From assembly GCA_977030845.1 (NCBI GenBank), contig OZ365109.1, positions 16,430,001 to 16,494,000 of the forward strand: DNA of 64,000 nt. The letters are read 5' to 3'. The stretch is from Fimbriosthenelais zetlandica. Its lineage: Eukaryota. A program made the translations under genes and the position numbers. Under the pieces are notes generated by a model. It made no database searches. It saw nothing but the letters and a program-made list of their open reading frames with translations, and was not told the origin of the DNA. Positions 1 to 11,970 of the stretch are shown in pieces. The first letter of the stretch is position 1; every line of letters starts with the position of its first letter.

Positions 1-1149
1 ACACCATGAGGTAATGCATTATGACAGGTCTTCTAGTGGTATAGAGTTACAAGTTAGGTCTAGGCTAATGTTTGAAATGTGGATGGTTGGTTATTTATTA
101 TAGGTCATGCATAATGGTTGTTTATGGGAAAGGTCTAGAAATGAAAGTATAAATAGACTGGTTATATTTCCTGTTTATGTTTGTATACCGTTACTTTCTA
201 AGCATTATTGATTTTCAATAATTGATTAGTATTGTGTGTTGACTAGGCCTATAGGGATGGCAACAAGAATTAAGCTCTGCTGTAATTATAAATATACCAT
301 AAAAGTTCTATATTTCCCATGGGAAGAATGGGTGTAAAAAAGAGCAAAACGATGACGTTGTCTGAAAGCATACAGAGAAACCAAAGGAATCCAACCCATT
401 TCTCGTTTTAAGACGTTACTTTTCTCAAAGAAACCAATTCTATACAATTTCTCAAAATTGCCACAAGCAATGCCTGAGGCAAAGGCCATTGTCCAACCCC
501 ATCAACCTGAGCCCCCTGTGCCCCGGTCCCTGACCCTCACGATCCCGCCCTTAAGCAAGGAGGCAAGAACATTTGACAAGGTGTCATAACCTTGTCCGGC
601 ACACACTATCTATTGTAAAATCTAGACAAGGCCTGGGATACGGGTCAGGAGATTTGTCACAGAATATAAAAGCTTTTCATGGCTATAAACAGCTGTCACA
701 GGGGCAGAGTGTTGGTGAGGACGGTTCCTACTGAGATGTGAATCGATCTTCCTGCTGCGAACATGTAAACTGTAACTAACACGTAAATTGCATTAATTTG
801 AGCATGTCACGGCGAGCTCTGGAACGTTACAAATTCAATGAACATGAAATAAAAAAGGTTTGGGGAGAATGGTATGTTCATTTGTAATTCAGCAGGCTGC
901 TGCCAACTTCTCACTCCCTATTTGGCATAACTTTATATCATAGGTCACCTTAATTTGTTAAGTTAAAACATTAAAATCATGGATATGATAATTATATTAC
1001 AATATAAACTACTAGACAGGCCCTGGGCTTAGCCAGGGAACGTTTTCAGAGCTAGGGCTATGCTAAAGCACCTTTTTTGCTGTTAGTATAAGTCATTCAT
1101 GGAAAGTACATGTACACACAGAAGTGGGCCTAATATTGCACCCTGTGGG

Positions 1150-1240
1150 ATGGTTGTCAAATGCTTTCTTGAAGTCTACAAATCTCTGATATTTCTCATT
1201 TTCGGGGTGATTAGTAGAGTTATGGGATCTATTGGTCAGA
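1150..1240 (-). pseudogene. Short decayed non-LTR retrotransposon RT fragment
   Basis: Minus-strand frame reads QRFVDFKKAFD (core 1156-1182), the conserved LINE RT DFxKAFD motif. No extended ORF. Confidence 0.55.
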
Positions 1241-2229
1241 AGTGGTTGATATGTAAACCCCATGCACCGCCCCACCCACATTTCAGTGTTGGGGGTTCGC
1301 CCTTGCCCCCTCCCCCCATCCTCAGAATATCTGCTACATTCCTAGTGGTAGATAACTAATTCAATTCTAACCATTCAAATTAGAAGCAGCACACACACGT
1401 ATAATGATATATCGAGCTCTGCATGGAATTTTCAGGCGTAAATACTGTACATTATAATTATGGTCTAATGTACATAATATATGTCTTTTCTTGAGACCGA
1501 CCCCTATATACAAACCAACTAGTATGCGGGCATGTGTGATGGATTGCTGTGACAGCAACAAAAATACCTTTGTACAAGCTTTTGAAATAGAGATAAAACC
1601 AGGATTTTGGTGTAGGCCTAAGGATGATCTGTAATACATTACATATTTGTTGTAATTCCATTACTAATATATGAGATTATGATTTAGTTAAATGAATATT
1701 GTATACAATATACATGTATGACCTAATCCGCTTCCTATCGCCAGACCCAAACCTTATCAATCACTATCAGTATGTATAAGCATGATCACTATGAGCCTAT
1801 ATCCAGGTAAACAAAAAACTTATGTATCTCAAAATAATTTATTCCACGAAATTATCAGTTCATGGAAGGAATATTGGTTATCAAAAAATTAAAAGTGTTT
1901 AGACTATAACTATGAAGTTAAGGAAAGAAGTTACTATGTAAGGAAAGAAGCTGGTGCTGAAGAAAAAAGTTTTTTCTGCAGCATCGTTTTCAGTAGAGGC
2001 ATATGTCATTCTATATTCTGTAGTCAGTGTAGATAATGTAAACTGGTTGTGTATACATGCATAAGACCTGAGCACATTCTGGAAACTAAATCATGGATTC
2101 TGGTGCGACTACGAGTGCCTGGCCAGAGACCCAAATACCCAGGTCCCCATATATATCAGTGCCTCCCTTTACGTTCAGGTAAAGGAAGCACCCACACTGC
2201 AGCTTTAACTGAGTGACTAAAGCTCCCCT

Positions 2230-2380
2230 TCCACAGGCTTCCCAAGGGGAGTCACATCCGTAGACTTCATGGAACAATAAGCTTCCAATATAATACACCT
2301 TAAGTCAAGATTTATTATAATCGCTCCATGGCAGGAATTGATTTTCAAAAGGCGTTGACAATGCTTCCTAAATATATCTA
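2230..2380 (+). pseudogene. Possible decayed LINE RT fragment
   Basis: Degenerate QxGF..G.S-like and IDFQKA(F)D-like segments in the expected order, with frameshifts. Confidence 0.3.
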
Positions 2381-2870
2381 ATAATTGTGCATAATAGTAG
2401 CAGTAGTATTTTGAAGAAATCTTTGGCTGCACTCTTCCCCGCTTGACTCACCCCATATATATATATAGACACTACTTGATGAATATATACAAAACCAAGT
2501 GAGATGAAGAAGCTGCATGACAACACTCACCTGTGTTCATCTTCTGGTTGTGGTCTCCAGGTACAAATTCCACGAGCACTCATCAAAGTCATTGAAGTGT
2601 CTCAATGGAATCTGACATTAAATCCATGTTAAAGGTATGTGTTATATATATATATATATGCACATACTACAATATAGCGAAGACCCACCACCGTTTGGCT
2701 GTGTATAGTGGTGGTGGTGGTAGTGGCGGTACAGCTGAGTGACTGGGATGTGTACCCAGTGACTGGGTCTATGTTCACCACCATACCGTATTCTCTCACA
2801 TGGCCACCCGTGCATAACCAGTGTGCCCGGCCCCATGTAGGCCTACTACCTGTATACTTACCTCACCCAG

Positions 2871-2937
2871 GGGACTGTTTCAAAAGGAATATTAGCAATG
2901 CTAATTGTATGGCTAATATTCGTTTTGAAACAGGCTC
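2871..2937 (+). mobile_element. 67-bp hairpin MITE, PIF/Harbinger-like (family H, copy 1)
   Basis: GGGACTGTTTCAAAA...TTTTGAAACAGGCTC terminal inverted repeats with nested GAATATTAGC/GCTAATATTC. Flanked by a direct CAG duplication (2868-2870, 2938-2940). Confidence 0.7.
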
Positions 2938-3325
2938 CAGAGCGCTCCCCAGGTAGATATTAGAAATTAGTTTTAACATCCGGCTATTCTAAGAACTTTA
3001 GACCCCTCTATAGGACTGATACGGTATGGAGGTTATAGTTTATTCAAAATAATTCAAGTTCATTTATACCTCATTGGATAAACAGAGGATAAGTATTTAT
3101 TATATTGAGTATTTCGAAGCTGAAGACTTAGTATTGCGATTGCGGAGTTGAAACGAGTAATTCGGTAGCTATATTAGGCATGTGAGTTGGATATGAGCTG
3201 AGCCAGTGGTTCCCCCTATTGAGTAAGGCTTGAACATAATATATGGAACATTGGCGACGTCCAATGTTAAATAGTGGCATCCACTCGTTCAACTCTAAAA
3301 GAGGGATTGAAATAATATATTCTAA

Positions 3326-5480
3326 TTTTTTTATTTTTTTTTTTTTTTATTGATGGAGGACACTTCACAAACCATCAATTGCTACTTTTCAGCATATTTT
3401 CAGGTGGTCCTAACAATGAGATCAATATACAATTTAAGCTCTAAATACAAATACATACTAATCGGAATTATCTACAATTTAACAATAAAACAGTTAATAT
3501 ACATAAAACACCAGCCACCATTTTCTGCTGTTAATCACTGTCAAATCATATATACAAGAGATTCAATCACAAAATAACGGCTTATCTCAGGCACAGGCAG
3601 CTAATTAGATCAGATTCATTACAGGAAGTTAATTTTTCGGATATAAAAGATTTCACTTTAATTTTATAATTATCAATATCCTCCAGTACCCGAATATTTG
3701 CTGGCAAATTATTCCAAAAGGACCTTCCCAGACACCAAGATGAACTTTTGTATTTATTAGTTTTAAATTTCTCTATGTTAAAGACCACACCTTGCTGTAA
3801 TCGGGTACACCTTATTGGTTGTTTATGAAATTCGGATTTATCTTTGAAATGAAACATTATACTTAATAAACGGGTGATTCTTCTAACATTTAGACATTGT
3901 AAATTTATGGAGCTATAGAGGGAGGAACTGGATGTATACCTATCACTGAAAGTTGCATATCGAATGCCACGTTTCAAAGCAACATCCAGTTTTTTCTTAG
4001 ATCTTTCATTGGCAATGAAATTAAAAATATTTCCGAAATCAAGGATAGGTAGGAGGAAGGTCTTTAGCACCAATATGGCTGTACTCCGATCCATCAAGTA
4101 GCGACATTTAACGAATAAGTATAGGAGATTGTTAAACTTAGATATAGTATATTTGATGTGATCCTCCATAGAAAGGTCGCAATCTAATTTAACTCCAAGG
4201 TAGGTTACTGTGCGTTTTAAAACTATTTCGTCATTATTACACTTGAGTTTACAGTTACATGAATTGACAACACCTTGCAGAGATTTTTTACAGATTATTT
4301 GTGAGAAGGATTTTTTACTATTAATTTTTAAACCATTATTACTACACCAGGAAGAAAATTGCTTAATATCGTTTTGCATTGAATTGTACAATTTGTTTAA
4401 GTCGTCGTCTATCAAAACAAAGGCAGTATCGTCCGCATACATCGATACACGAGAGCAAAGAGGCAAATTAAGTATGTCATTTATAAAAATAATAAATAGT
4501 ACAGGACCAATTAAAGAGCCCTGGGGGACACCACACGGCACAGGCAGGCTATTTGATTTGGAGTCATTAAATTTTGTTATCTGGAATCTTTCATTTAAAC
4601 AATTATCAATTAGTTTAACAAAATCATGTTCTAAACCATAGCCTATAAGTTTATTTATTATTAGGTTATGGTTTACCGAATTGAAAGCTTTTTCCAAATC
4701 GAAAAGAACTATCATGGCATATTTGCCTTGGTCATAGGCAGAATAAATTGGGGTCAAAAGTTTAAGGACTGCTAGATCCACTCCTCTCCCTGCTCGGAAA
4801 CCACTTTGCTCCTCAACAAAAATTCTATTAATATCAAAATATGCTTCTAATTCGGACTTCACAAAATACTCAAAAATTTTACTTGGTATAGGAACTAAAC
4901 TAATAGGTCTGAGATCATGTGCACTTTTTACCTTATCTTTTTTGGGGATGGCGGAAACTATTGTATGTTTCCATTGAGATGGGATGTAACACTCAACCAC
5001 ACACTTTTTAATTAATTTTGTGAACACATTAGAGAGAGTTAACAGGCTTAGCTTCATCAGTCTATTGTTTATATTCTCAAAACCTGATGATTTACTATCT
5101 GGTGAGCTCTTAATCCTCTCAATTACCTTCTTTTCTGAAATTTCTGTGATCCATTGCCGCCTTGGCATATCAAAGGGGAGCAAGGATTGTTTCTCAATAA
5201 TAAATTCTTTAGCCCCGGTGTTAGCATATAATTCCTCAATAATTTCTTAATGGAAATCTACCGATGGATATTAATTTTGGTTCATATGGGTGCTTTAATA
5301 AATTCACAAACCTCTTCTGAACATTCCAAGCGCTGCTGCACCGGCCTGGTCCTGGCCGCTCCGCTGAAGGTGGTGAGAAGAAACAGAGCTGGCACCTGGT
5401 GGTTTCCCGCTGAAGTAAAAGCGCGGCGGAGCTCAAGTTCACTCGCGGGGCACAAGGTGGCAGGACCGGATATCGCATCA
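3326..5480 (-). mobile_element. Non-LTR retrotransposon (L2/CR1 group, Crack/Daphne-like), RT-only or 5'-truncated, with poly(A) tail
   Basis: Intact RT ORF, ~230-bp 3' UTR, AATAAA running into an A-tract (plus-strand T-tract 3326-3348), GC-rich 5' segment 5330-5480. No TSD found, so the 5' boundary is uncertain. Confidence 0.85.
3582..5183 (-). CDS. LINE-type reverse transcriptase (533 aa from TTG 5183; first ATG at 5168), no APE endonuclease domain
   Basis: Motifs LRPISLVPIPSKIFE, EQSGFRAGR, FDLEKAFNSV, GVPQGSLIGPVLF, MYADD and YLGV, plus a C-terminal FWNNLPANIR typical of L2/CR1-group ORF2. Uninterrupted frame, in-frame stop upstream at 5247-5249. Confidence 0.93.
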   Translation of the reverse strand: MLPFDMPRRQWITEISEKKVIERIKSSPDSKSSGFENINNRLMKLSLLTLSNVFTKLIKKCVVECYIPSQWKHTIVSAIPKKDKVKSAHDLRPISLVPIPSKIFEYFVKSELEAYFDINRIFVEEQSGFRAGRGVDLAVLKLLTPIYSAYDQGKYAMIVLFDLEKAFNSVNHNLIINKLIGYGLEHDFVKLIDNCLNERFQITKFNDSKSNSLPVPCGVPQGSLIGPVLFIIFINDILNLPLCSRVSMYADDTAFVLIDDDLNKLYNSMQNDIKQFSSWCSNNGLKINSKKSFSQIICKKSLQGVVNSCNCKLKCNNDEIVLKRTVTYLGVKLDCDLSMEDHIKYTISKFNNLLYLFVKCRYLMDRSTAILVLKTFLLPILDFGNIFNFIANERSKKKLDVALKRGIRYATFSDRYTSSSSLYSSINLQCLNVRRITRLLSIMFHFKDKSEFHKQPIRCTRLQQGVVFNIEKFKTNKYKSSSWCLGRSFWNNLPANIRVLEDIDNYKIKVKSFISEKLTSCNESDLISCLCLR

Positions 5481-5490
5481 AAAAGCTAGG

Positions 5491-5535
5491 TTCCTTACCA
5501 AGTCACGGCTCTACAAGTTGTGACTTGGTAAGGAA
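5491..5535. repeat. Perfect 16-bp hairpin with 13-nt loop
   Basis: TTCCTTACCAAGTCAC (5491-5506) and its exact reverse complement GTGACTTGGTAAGGAA (5520-5535). Confidence 0.85.
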
Positions 5536-6818
5536 GCTGCCATTGTCTATAGCCTAGGCCTAATCCTCTTTAGGCTATTCATCTTTTCTAGGGGCAAAAA
5601 GAAACGAAGAGATTATAATAATATATGAGATTACAACATTGATGTGTCCTACAGATGTAGGCCTGAGGGAGGTCACGGTTATATAAAATAGACATTTTAC
5701 CTGTGTTGCTAAAATAGGATACAGAGCAGCAAAGCAATATGAACGGGCCACATCCAAGCTGTCATCTGGTTATGAATTACCGTGGTAAATTCCTTTGAAA
5801 TAATAATTGTGTTGGCTTAAAATGTGACTTGTCTATATAATATGAAAATCGTATTGAGGATGGGATGGCAGACTGAAGTTTCGCAATCGGATTTCGTTAA
5901 CCGTATCAAATCAGTTCTCATCGATTACGTTGACAACTGTCGACCTTGAAACACATTAATGATATTTTTAACATTAATGATAATCGTTCCCATCGATTAC
6001 TCTGCGCTATTAGGAGTTATTTCCGCCGATGCAATGATTTAGAACGCCCTGAAGATTAAATCCATTTTGGCAGGTAGTTGAACGGTTTCTGGTTTCTGTC
6101 TGGCCATTACTTGTTACTGCATAATTCTACAGCAAGGGAAAAGTCCCCCTGGGTTTGAGGTCTCTCACTCTCAGCTTGAAAAATACATGGACCTACATAT
6201 GTACATGTACATGCACATACATATGGGAATGCCTCAGGTTCTGTATCATTACAGAAGCAAATAGTTTCATATCAGTTACACTTAATCCTGGTTCGCGCTG
6301 AATATCCTATGTATGCCGATTTCGAGAGACTTTCATTGCCAAGTATGAGTTTCAACAAATTAAAATTATCAAATGCAACACATGGGACTATAGGAGAAAC
6401 GCGAGTCATTTTGTCATCTGCAGAAATACGGCTAATCAACGACGAAAAGATCTCTTGTGCACGATATCCGATATTGAGAATACGTTATCATTTCGAACCA
6501 CCAACCTCATTTCATCCCATCATATCCATACAAACTATATATGTCCTAGTATTAGACCTATATACAGAATCCATTCTAGGACAATGCGTCGGAAATCAAT
6601 GGTGGAAAGCCTGCTGAGACAGCAACCTGAAGTTGGGTACGGGTTCACGGTTCGATATTCGAAAATTTTGAAAATCTAAATTTGGCTCCCTTATGCTTTG
6701 ATATGCTCCGGTAGGACATAGACTACACTACTAATCGACCCTGGAGGATCCATCCACCCTGGATGACCTAATTAACCTCTAATTTAGTATCACACATATC
6801 CTAACCCTTTATGCTCAT

Positions 6819-7526
6819 AATCTATGTCCTCCAGGGTGGCCCCTACGGCCTGGGGGACCAAGACAATGCTACTAGAGCACCCTGGACAACAAGGTGACAA
6901 GAGGTCATCCCGGCACAATTATGATTAAGGGGTCATCAGCCCCCTTAAAGACATATTTTACTCCCTCCTTGGGCTTCAAACAACATCGCTCTAATCTATG
7001 TATTCCAGGGTTGCCCCTACGGCCTGGAGGACCAAGACAATGCTACTAGAGCACCTTGAAGGATATGTACAGCAATGTCACAAGAGGTCATCCCGGCAGC
7101 CCCCTTAAAGACATATTTTACTCCCTCCTTGGGCTTCAACCAACATCGCTCTAATCTATGTACTCCAGGGTGGCCCCTACGGCCTAGAGGACCAAGACAA
7201 TGCTACTAGAGCACCCTGGAGGATATGTACAGCAATGTCACAAGAGGTCATCCCGGCACAATTATAATTAAGGGGTCACCAGCCCCCTTAAAGACATATT
7301 TTACTCCCTCCTTGGGCTTCAACGTACATCGCTCTAATCTATGTACTCCAGGGTGGCCCCTACGACGGCCTAGAGGACCAAGACAATGCTACTAGAGCAC
7401 CCTGGAGGATATGTACAGCAATGTCACAAGAGGTCATCCCGGCACAATTATAATTAAGGGGTCACCAACCCCATTAAAGACATATTTTACTCCCTCCTTG
7501 GGCTTCAACCAACATCGCTCTAATCT
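6819..7526. repeat. Tandem array A, ~4 units of ~160-186 bp
   Basis: Unit AATCTATGTACTCCAGGGTGGCCCCTACGGCC...GACAATGCTACTAGAGCACC...CAACATCGCTCT restarts near 6819, 6992, 7152 and 7335, and is truncated at ~7526. Confidence 0.92.
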
Positions 7527-10500
7527 TTTCCTTTGAGAGTACCCCCCCCCCCCTCACATAGTGACCCCCATCGCCAAACCAATAGGAATGAGGCTGTCCT
7601 GATTTATGCTAATGTGGGAGTGGCCTGTAGTAGGGCCGGATTGGTCCATTCTTGATGGGGAAGGGGTTGGTGATTGTGTCCATTGACTTGTCTATACCTC
7701 AAGCTGCTTTTCCTTTGAGAGTACCCCCCCTCACATAGTGACCCCCATCGCCAAAGCAACAGGTATGAGGCTGTCCTGATTTATGCTAATGTGGGAGTGG
7801 CCTGTGGGGCCGGATTGGTCCATTCTTGATGGGGAAGGGGTGGGTGGTTGTGTCCATTGACTTGTCTATAACTCCAGCTGCTTTCCCTTTGAGAGTACCC
7901 CCCTCACATAGTGGCCCCCATCGCCAAAGCAACAGGTATGAGGCTGTCCTGATTTATGCTAATGTGGGAGTGGCCTGTAGGACCGGATTGGTCCATTCTT
8001 GATGGGGAAGGGGTGGGTGGTTGTGTCCTTTGACAGTACCCCCCCCCCCCTCACATAGTGACCCCCATCGCCAAGCCAATAGGAATGAGGCTGTCCTCAT
8101 TTATGCTAATGTGGGAGTGGCCTGTAGGGCCGGATTGGTCCATACTTGATGGGGAAGGGGTTGGTGATTGTGTCCATTGACTTGTCTATACATCAAGCTG
8201 CTTTTCCTTTGAGAGTACCCCCCCCCCCCCTCACATAGTGACCCCCATCGCCAAACCAATAGGAATGAGGCTGTCCTGATTTATGCTAATGTGGGAGTGG
8301 CCTGTAGGGCCGGATTGGTCCATTCTTGATGGGGAAGGGGTGGGTGGTTGTATCCATTGACTTGTTTATACCTCAAGCTGCTTTTCCTTTGAGAGTACCT
8401 CCCCTCACATAGTGGCCCCCATCACCAAGGCAACAGCTACGAGCCAGTCCTGATTTATGCTAATGTGCTAGTGGCCTGTGGGGCCGGATTGGTCCATTCT
8501 TGATGGGGAAGGGGTGGGTGGTTGTGTCCATTGACATGTCTATACCTCAAGCTCCTTTCATTTGAGAGTACCCCCCCTCACATAGTGACCCCCATCGCCA
8601 AACCAATAGGAATGAGGCTGTCCTGAATTATGCTAATGTGGGAGTGGCCTGTAGGGCCGGATTGGTCCATACTTGATGCGGAAGGGGTGGGTGGTTGTGT
8701 CCTTTGACAGTACCCCCCCCCCCTCACATAGTGACCCCCATCGCCAAGCCAATAGGAATGAGGCTGTCCTCATTTATGCTAATGTGGGAGTGGCCTGTAG
8801 GGCCGGATTGGTCCATACTTGATGGGGAAGGGGTTGGTGATTGTGTCCATTGACTTGTCTATACGTCAAGCTGCTTTTCCTTTGAGAGTACCCCCCCCCC
8901 CCCTCACATAGTGACCCCCATCGCCAAACCAATAGGAATGAGGCTGTCCTCATTTATGCTAATGTGGGAGTGGCCTGTAGGGCCGGATTGGTCCATACTT
9001 GATGGGGAAGGGGTTGGTGATTGTGTCCATTGACTTGTCTATACGTCAAGCTGCTTTTCCTTTGAGAGTACCCCCCCCCCCCCCTCACATAGTGACCCCC
9101 ATCGCCAAACCAATAGGAATGAGGCTGTCCTCATTTATGCTAATGTGGGAGTGGCCTGTAGGGCCGGATTGGTCCATACTTGATGGGGAAGGGGTTGGTG
9201 ATTGTGTCCATTGACTTGTCTATACATCAAGCTGCTTTTCCTTTGAGAGTACCCCCCCCCCCCTCACATAGTGACCCCCATCGCCAAACCAATAGGAATG
9301 AGGCTGTCCTGATTTATGCTAATGTGGGAGTGGCCTGTAGGGCCGGATTGGTCCATTCTTGATGGGGAAGGGGTGGGTGGTTGTATCCATTGACTTGTTT
9401 ATACCTCAAGCTGCTTTTCCTTTGAGAGTACCTCCCCTCACATAGTGGCCCCCATCACCAAGGCAACAGCTACGAGCCAGTCCTGATTTATGCTAATGTG
9501 CTAGTGGCCTGTGGGGCCGGATTGGTCCATTCTTGATGGGGAAGGGGTGGGTGGTTGTGTCCATTGACATGTCTATACCTCAAGCTCCTTTCATTTGAGA
9601 GTACCCCCCCTCACATAGTGACCCCCATCGCCAAACCAATAGGAATGAGGCTGTCCTGAATTATGCTAATGTGGGAGTGGCCTGTAGGGCCGGATTGGTC
9701 CATACTTGATGCGGAAGGGGTGGGTGGTTGTGTCCTTTGACAGTACCCCCCCCCCCCTCACATAGTGACCCCCATCGCCAAGCCAATAGGAATGAGGCTG
9801 TCCTCATTTATGCTAATGTGGGAGTGGCCTGTAGGGCCGGATTGGTCCATACTTGATGGGGAAGGGGTTGGTGATTGTGTCCATTGACTTGTCTATACGT
9901 CAAGCTGCTTTTCCTTTGAGAGTACCCCCCCCCCCCCCCTCACATAGTGACCCCCATCGCCAAACCAATAGGAATGAGGCTGTCCTGATTTATGCTAATG
10001 TGGGAGTGGCCTATTGGGCCGGATTGGTCCATTCTTGATGGGGAAGGGGTGGGTGGTTGTCTATACCTCAAGCTGCTTTTCATTTGAGAGTACCCCCCCT
10101 CACATAGTGACCCCCATCGCCAAACCAATAGGAATGAAGCTGTCCTGATTTATGCTAATGTGGGAGTGGCTTGTAGGGCCGGATTGGTCCATTCTTGATG
10201 GGGAAAGGGTGGGTGGTTGTGTCCATTGACTTGTCTATACCTCAAGCTGCTTTTCCTTTGAGAGTACCCCCCTCACATAGTGGCCCCCATCACCAAAGCA
10301 ACAGCTACGAGCCAGTCCTGCTTTATGCTAATGTGGGAGTGGCCTGTTGGGCCGGAGTGGTCCATTCTTGATGGGGAAGGGGTGGGTGGTTGTGTCCAGA
10401 TTGACTTGTCTATAACTCCAGCTGCTTTCCCTTTGAGAATACCCCCCTCACATAGTGACCCCCATCGCCAAACCAATAGGAATGAGGCTGTCCTGATTTA

Positions 10501-11300
10501 TGCTAATGTGGGAGTGGCCTGTTAGAAGGGATTGGTCCATTTTTGATGGGGAAGGGGTGGGTGGTTGTGTTCATTGAGTTGTCTATAACACCAGCTGCTT
10601 TCCCTTTGAGAGTACCCCCCTCACATAGTGACCCCCATCGCCAAAGCAACGGGTATGAGGATGTCCAGATTTATGCCAATGTGGGAGTGGCCTGTAGGGC
10701 CGGATTGGTCCATTCTTGATGGGGAAGGGGTGGGTGATTGTGTCCATTGAGTTGTCTATACCTCAAGCGGGTATGAGGATGTCCAGATTTATGCCAATGT
10801 GGGAGTGGCCTGTAGGGCCGGATTGGTCACATAGTGGCCCCCTTTGGAGGTTGGAGGCAGTCCTGAAGTATGCTAATGTGGGAGTGGCCTGTTGGAACGG
10901 ATTGGTCCATTTTTGATGGAGAAGTGGTGGGTGGTTGTATTCACTGACTTGATTAAAGCCCCAACTGCTCCTGTTTATGTAGTGCCCCCCTCACACAGCG
11001 GCCCCCTTTGGAAGTTGGAGGCAGTCCTGAAGTATGCTAATGTGGGAGTGGCCTGTTGGAAGGGATTGGTCCATTTTTGATGGGGAAGGGTTGGGTGCTT
11101 GTGTTCATTGAGTTGTTTATGTATTGCCTCCTCTGACATAGCGGCCCCCTTTGGAGGTTGGAGGCAGTCCTGAAGTATGCTAATGTGGGAGTGGCCTGTT
11201 GGAATGGATTGGTCCATTTTTGATGGGGAAGGGGTGGGTGGTTGTGTTCATTGAGTTGTTTATGTAGTGCCCCCTCTCACATAGCGGCCCGCTTTGGAGG
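7527..11300. repeat. Tandem array B (satellite/minisatellite), ~22 units of ~145-180 bp with higher-order duplication
   Basis: Unit CCTTTGAGAGTA(C)nTCACATAGTGACCCCCATCGCC...ATGCTAATGTGGGAGTGGCCTGTAGGGCCGGATTGGTCC...GGGGAAGGGGTGGGTGG repeated head-to-tail. Poly-C length varies, and units diverge toward the right end. Confidence 0.97.
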
Positions 11301-11787
11301 TTCTTAATCCTGGAGAACATTGCCTGGCCTCTACAGGAAGCGGCGATGTTAGTTGTAAAAGGACCTCAGCTTTATCCTATATTGATTTTACATTCTGACT
11401 GTAATAAGCTACCTCAAATGTGGGATCTGTGACTATATATAATTCATACTCGTAAACAAACAGTATGAGAGGAAGAAAGAATTTGTCCAAGTTAGGTAGT
11501 CAATGGTTCTCATTTTCTCAAAGAATCAGTTGTTCTGTCTCCGTGATGGGAAAACTTTCGCATGAACTTGTCAACCTGTCCTAAATCGACTGTTAACTAA
11601 TCACCCAATGACACCCATGCAAATTGTGGTTTTTTGGTTGCCGTCTTTGTAAATCAATATCAATTGGAGGTTGTGGGCCTACCTCATGTGCATGTTAAAG
11701 GCCTAACCCATGCACTCAGAGTCATCAGAGTATTGGACTTTGGGAAGGGGAATACCAGAACCCAGACATTCATTAGATCCGAAGCCT

Positions 11788-11970
11788 GGAACACACTAAT
11801 CCGATTCTCCGATCTGTCGCCATCCGATTCCCTATTTCTAACGGCATCCAATGGTTAGCCTTACCTAGGTGTAAAGGACTGATCAAGCATTTGGTGTGAA
11901 TAGAAATGTACTTTCAGAGTTCAGACAGCTATCGGATGGCGCCAGTTAGAGAATCGGATTAGTGTGTTCC
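11788..11970. mobile_element. Small MITE-like inverted-repeat element
   Basis: 22-bp perfect inverted repeat GGAACACACTAATCCGATTCTC / GAGAATCGGATTAGTGTGTTCC plus inner CGCCATCCGAT / ATCGGATGGCG. Related sequence at 44060-44120. Confidence 0.6.

Noticed and set aside
583-880. Solo LTR (TG...CA, TATA-like, AATAAA)
   Set aside because: No target-site duplication, no second copy and no PBS/PPT recognised.
2561-2634. Exon-like segment with good acceptor and donor
   Set aside because: Stops in all three frames and no partner exon found. At most a non-coding exon.
4210-4641. 143-aa plus-strand ORF (also 5020-5250)
   Set aside because: Antisense shadow of the RT coding frame.
5491-5560. Helitron 3' end (hairpin + CTRR)
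   Set aside because: Spacing to CTAG and the following base do not fit on either strand, and no TC 5' end was identified.
8999-11217. Repeated small ORFs (MMGKGLVIV..., MVWRWGSL...)
   Set aside because: By-products of the satellite unit. Frames shift with poly-C length.
7527-11300. CRISPR-like array
   Set aside because: Units are homologous along their whole length with no unique spacers, no cas genes are present, and the context is eukaryotic.
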